35,130 bases of DNA from Gammaproteobacteria bacterium (lineage in GTDB: Bacteria > Pseudomonadota > Gammaproteobacteria > JABABF01): NCBI GenBank assembly GCA_014238345.1, contig JABABF010000088.1, positions 1 through 35,130 on the forward strand. Direction: 5' to 3'. Below are positions 33,261-35,130 of the stretch, in pieces. The notes under the pieces are model-generated. The model was given only the letters and a program-made list of their open reading frames with translations. It did not search any database and had not been told where the DNA came from. Positions within the stretch are counted from its first letter, which is position 1. Each line of letters starts with the position of its first letter. The translations under genes and the position numbers were made by a program.

Positions 33261-34240
33261 GCCGCCACACCGCCACTTAGGTGACGCAACGCCGCATCGC
33301 GTTGCGCTGGCTCTTCAAGACTAAAAGCGCGGTACTCAGTCGCGCCGAGGATACGCTTGAGTAGACCACACAACACTCGCCCAGGGCCGCATTCCAAGAA
33401 AATATTGACCCCAGTGGCGGCGATACGGGACACACTGCGCGACCACAGCACTGGGCTCGCGGTCTGGCTAATCAAAGCAGTGCGGATCTGGTCTGGAGAG
33501 GAGTGACACTCGGCATCAATATTGTGTACCACTGGCACAGCGGGCACAGCGATGGCGAGCGGTGCCAGCGCCTCCCGCAGTCGCTCTGCCGCCGGGCGCA
33601 TCAGCGACGAATGGAACGGTGCACTGACTGGCAACGACACCGTACGCCGAGCGCTAGCCTGCCGACACAACGCCACTGCTCGGTCGACCGCCGCCAAATG
33701 ACCGGCGATAACCACTTGACCCGGAGCGTTGTAGTTGACAGCGGCAACGCAATCCGCCTGACTCGCTGCGGCACACAGTTCCTCAACCCGTGCATCATCC
33801 AAGCCCATCACGGCAGCCATCGCCCCTTCCCCGACTGGCACAGCCTCCTGCATCGCCGTGCCACGCAAGCGCACAACGCGCAGGGCATCGGCAAAGTCCA
33901 GCGACCCAGCACAGACCAGCGCCGTGAACTCACCGAGGCTGTGTCCCGCCATCAGCTGGGGTGCTGCCCCACCCGCCGCGCACCACGAACGCCACAGTGC
34001 CACGCCCGCGGCCAGTAAGACTGGTTGCGTATTAGCCGTCAACTGCAAGCGCTCTGCTGGACCCTCGGCGCTGAGTTGCCAGAGATCCTCACCCAGCACT
34101 CCGGAGGCCTCGTCAAAAGTCTCGCGCACCACCGTGTCGGTGGCGGCGGCTGCAGCGAGCATACCGACACTCTGTGAGCCCTGCCCCGGGAATAGCAAAG
34201 CAAAGGGTGGCGGGCTAGAGGTGGGTTCAGCTGCGCCCAT
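33257..34240 (-). CDS. fabD: Malonyl-CoA:ACP transacylase
   Basis: The 327-aa ORF has FPGQGSQSVGML, the active-site GHSLGEFTALVCAG, NAPGQVVIAGH and PVSAPFHSSLM. It is collinear with E. coli FabD. Its ATG overlaps the rpmF stop (TGATG). Confidence 0.95.
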   Translation of the reverse strand: MGAAEPTSSPPPFALLFPGQGSQSVGMLAAAAATDTVVRETFDEASGVLGEDLWQLSAEGPAERLQLTANTQPVLLAAGVALWRSWCAAGGAAPQLMAGHSLGEFTALVCAGSLDFADALRVVRLRGTAMQEAVPVGEGAMAAVMGLDDARVEELCAAASQADCVAAVNYNAPGQVVIAGHLAAVDRAVALCRQASARRTVSLPVSAPFHSSLMRPAAERLREALAPLAIAVPAVPVVHNIDAECHSSPDQIRTALISQTASPVLWSRSVSRIAATGVNIFLECGPGRVLCGLLKRILGATEYRAFSLEEPAQRDAALRHLSGGVAA

Positions 34241-34497
34241 CAGTGGCGGGGGGAATCGCCCGCTGGGCTCTCTGCTTGCACCTCGTTAACTTCGGGGTTA
34301 ACTTCGGGGTCAACTTTACGCTCTGCAGGAGACTCGAACAGCCGCTGACCACGGTAAAAACCGTCTGCGGTAACCGTATGACGACGGTGTAGCTCACCGC
34401 TCAGCGGGTCTGCCGACAATGTCGGCGCTGGCAAACTGTCGTGAGAGCGGCGCATATCGCGCCTCGACCGGCTCTTGCGCCGCTTCTGTACCGCCAT
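34240..34497 (-). CDS. rpmF: 50S ribosomal protein L32 with a roughly 28-aa C-terminal extension
   Basis: [22 protein letters not shown]...[20 protein letters not shown] matches E. coli L32 ([22 protein letters not shown]...[20 protein letters not shown]). This ORF is 85 aa versus about 57 aa in E. coli. Confidence 0.9.
   Translation of the reverse strand: MAVQKRRKSRSRRDMRRSHDSLPAPTLSADPLSGELHRRHTVTADGFYRGQRLFESPAERKVDPEVNPEVNEVQAESPAGDSPRH
34285..34317. repeat. 12-bp tandem repeat x about 2.75 (gttaacttcggg) inside the L32 C-terminal extension
   Basis: Direct read: 34285-34296 is identical to 34297-34308, followed by gtcaacttt. It encodes [10 protein letters not shown] on the minus strand. 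Confidence 0.9.
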
Positions 34498-34546
34498 TTC
34501 CCTGATCGCTCCATTATTCCATCACGCCACTATTGTAATGCCTCGC

Positions 34547-35005
34547 TCAGGCGACATCGCCACTGCGCCAGAGTGCCGTGTCAGAGCAGGCAGTGCTGTG
34601 CATGGCATCCATCGGCGCCCCGAGCAGTACCTCGTCGCTGAGCGACTCCTCTAAGTCGAGTGTGCCATCGCGCTCCAGCAATACTGGGTCGAGGTCGAGC
34701 GTCTTGGACAGGTGTGCGGCAACGGCATCGTCGCCCGCCAAACCCCACTGGACATTGGTCTCAAAAGACCAATCCATCTCAGTGAGACAACGCTGACAGG
34801 GCAGGCGCAATACGGCACGCACTTCGCCAGTCACCAATAGGTAACGCTGCGCCTGATCCTCGGCAAAGGCCAAGCTGGCTGACAGCGAGCCGCCCGCTGC
34901 ATATTCTGCCAGCCGAGGCAGTCGCTCCAGCGACAGGGTGCCATTGATGCTACGACCGACTAGCTGTGCCGGGCGCACCCGACGCGGCAACTCGCCAGTG
35001 AGCAT
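34547..35005 (-). CDS. yceD: YceD (DUF177) family protein, upstream partner of rpmF
   Basis: ELPRRVRPAQL...SLSASLAF...VRAVLRLPCQRCLTEM...DLEESLSDEVLLGAP is collinear with E. coli YceD (KLPLTLDPVRTAQ...VTLECQRCGKPF...). ATG 35005 (MLTGELP) is preferred by homology. The ORF-track start at 35083 adds 26 non-homologous residues, and a second frame reads through that region to a TGA overlapping this ATG (TGATG). Confidence 0.8.
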   Translation of the reverse strand: MLTGELPRRVRPAQLVGRSINGTLSLERLPRLAEYAAGGSLSASLAFAEDQAQRYLLVTGEVRAVLRLPCQRCLTEMDWSFETNVQWGLAGDDAVAAHLSKTLDLDPVLLERDGTLDLEESLSDEVLLGAPMDAMHSTACSDTALWRSGDVA

Positions 35006-35130
35006 CAGCGTAGCTCGGAAAAATAGCCGGCCAAGCTGTGGGCGAGGGAGGAGGTGAAGTCGCGAAACAACCGGTCGGGCCATTCCTCTTGCACAGTGAA
35101 ATCGACCACCGACTCGGTTTTGACCACATC

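Noticed and set aside
35005-35130. A 42-codon minus-strand frame, open to the right window edge (...DVVKTESVVDFTVQEEWPDRLFRDFTSSLAHSLAGYFSELR*). Its TGA overlaps the preferred yceD ATG (TGATG).
   Set aside because: It could be the 3' end of an upstream co-transcribed gene. However, 42 codons in GC-rich DNA with no recognisable motif is not enough to call a feature, so I only used it as an argument for the internal yceD start.

Overview
High-GC proteobacterial chromosomal window. I found no rRNA, tRNA, CRISPR array, transposase or integrase.

Left arm (1-11.7 kb), minus strand: a purL 5' fragment, tadA, guaA, guaB, queF, a DegT-family sugar PLP/PMP enzyme, and a 968-aa polytopic membrane / spermidine-synthase-like fusion. 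A divergent cytochrome P450 + SDR pair follows on the plus strand.

Right edge (32.5-35.1 kb), minus strand: fabG, fabD, rpmF, yceD.

Between them (11,980-32,414) lies a ~20.4-kb pilus cluster of 15 co-directional genes plus one pilin pseudogene, all on the minus strand. This type IVb (R64 PilN/PilL-like) cluster is the main item of interest. Its gene order is:
- PilP/GspC-like protein
- GspE-type ATPase
- GspF-type platform protein
- long-leader pilin A
- a decayed pilin remnant
- pilin B, followed by a strong intrinsic terminator
- a prepilin-peptidase homolog that lacks the GxGD catalytic motif
- a 252-aa minor pilin
- three tandem paralogous giant pilin-like proteins (797, 698 and 665 aa), each with a conserved EF-hand/dockerin-type Ca-loop signature and a Cys-rich C-terminus
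- a PilL/TcpQ-like lipoprotein fused to a SPOR domain
- a second SPOR lipoprotein
- a lipoprotein secretin
- a 689-aa bitopic protein

This order is a cyclic permutation of the R64 thin-pilus operon. No PilT transglycosylase, shufflon or conjugation genes are present. The cluster sits where acpP-fabF would normally follow fabG, and its base composition is mosaic.

Smaller oddities:
- two 10-nt G/C homopolymer tracts inside genes
- short perfect tandem repeats in intra-operon gaps
- a His-for-Lys DegT enzyme
- an L32 with a repeat-containing C-terminal extension

All family assignments come from by-eye motif recognition and need HMM or structure confirmation.
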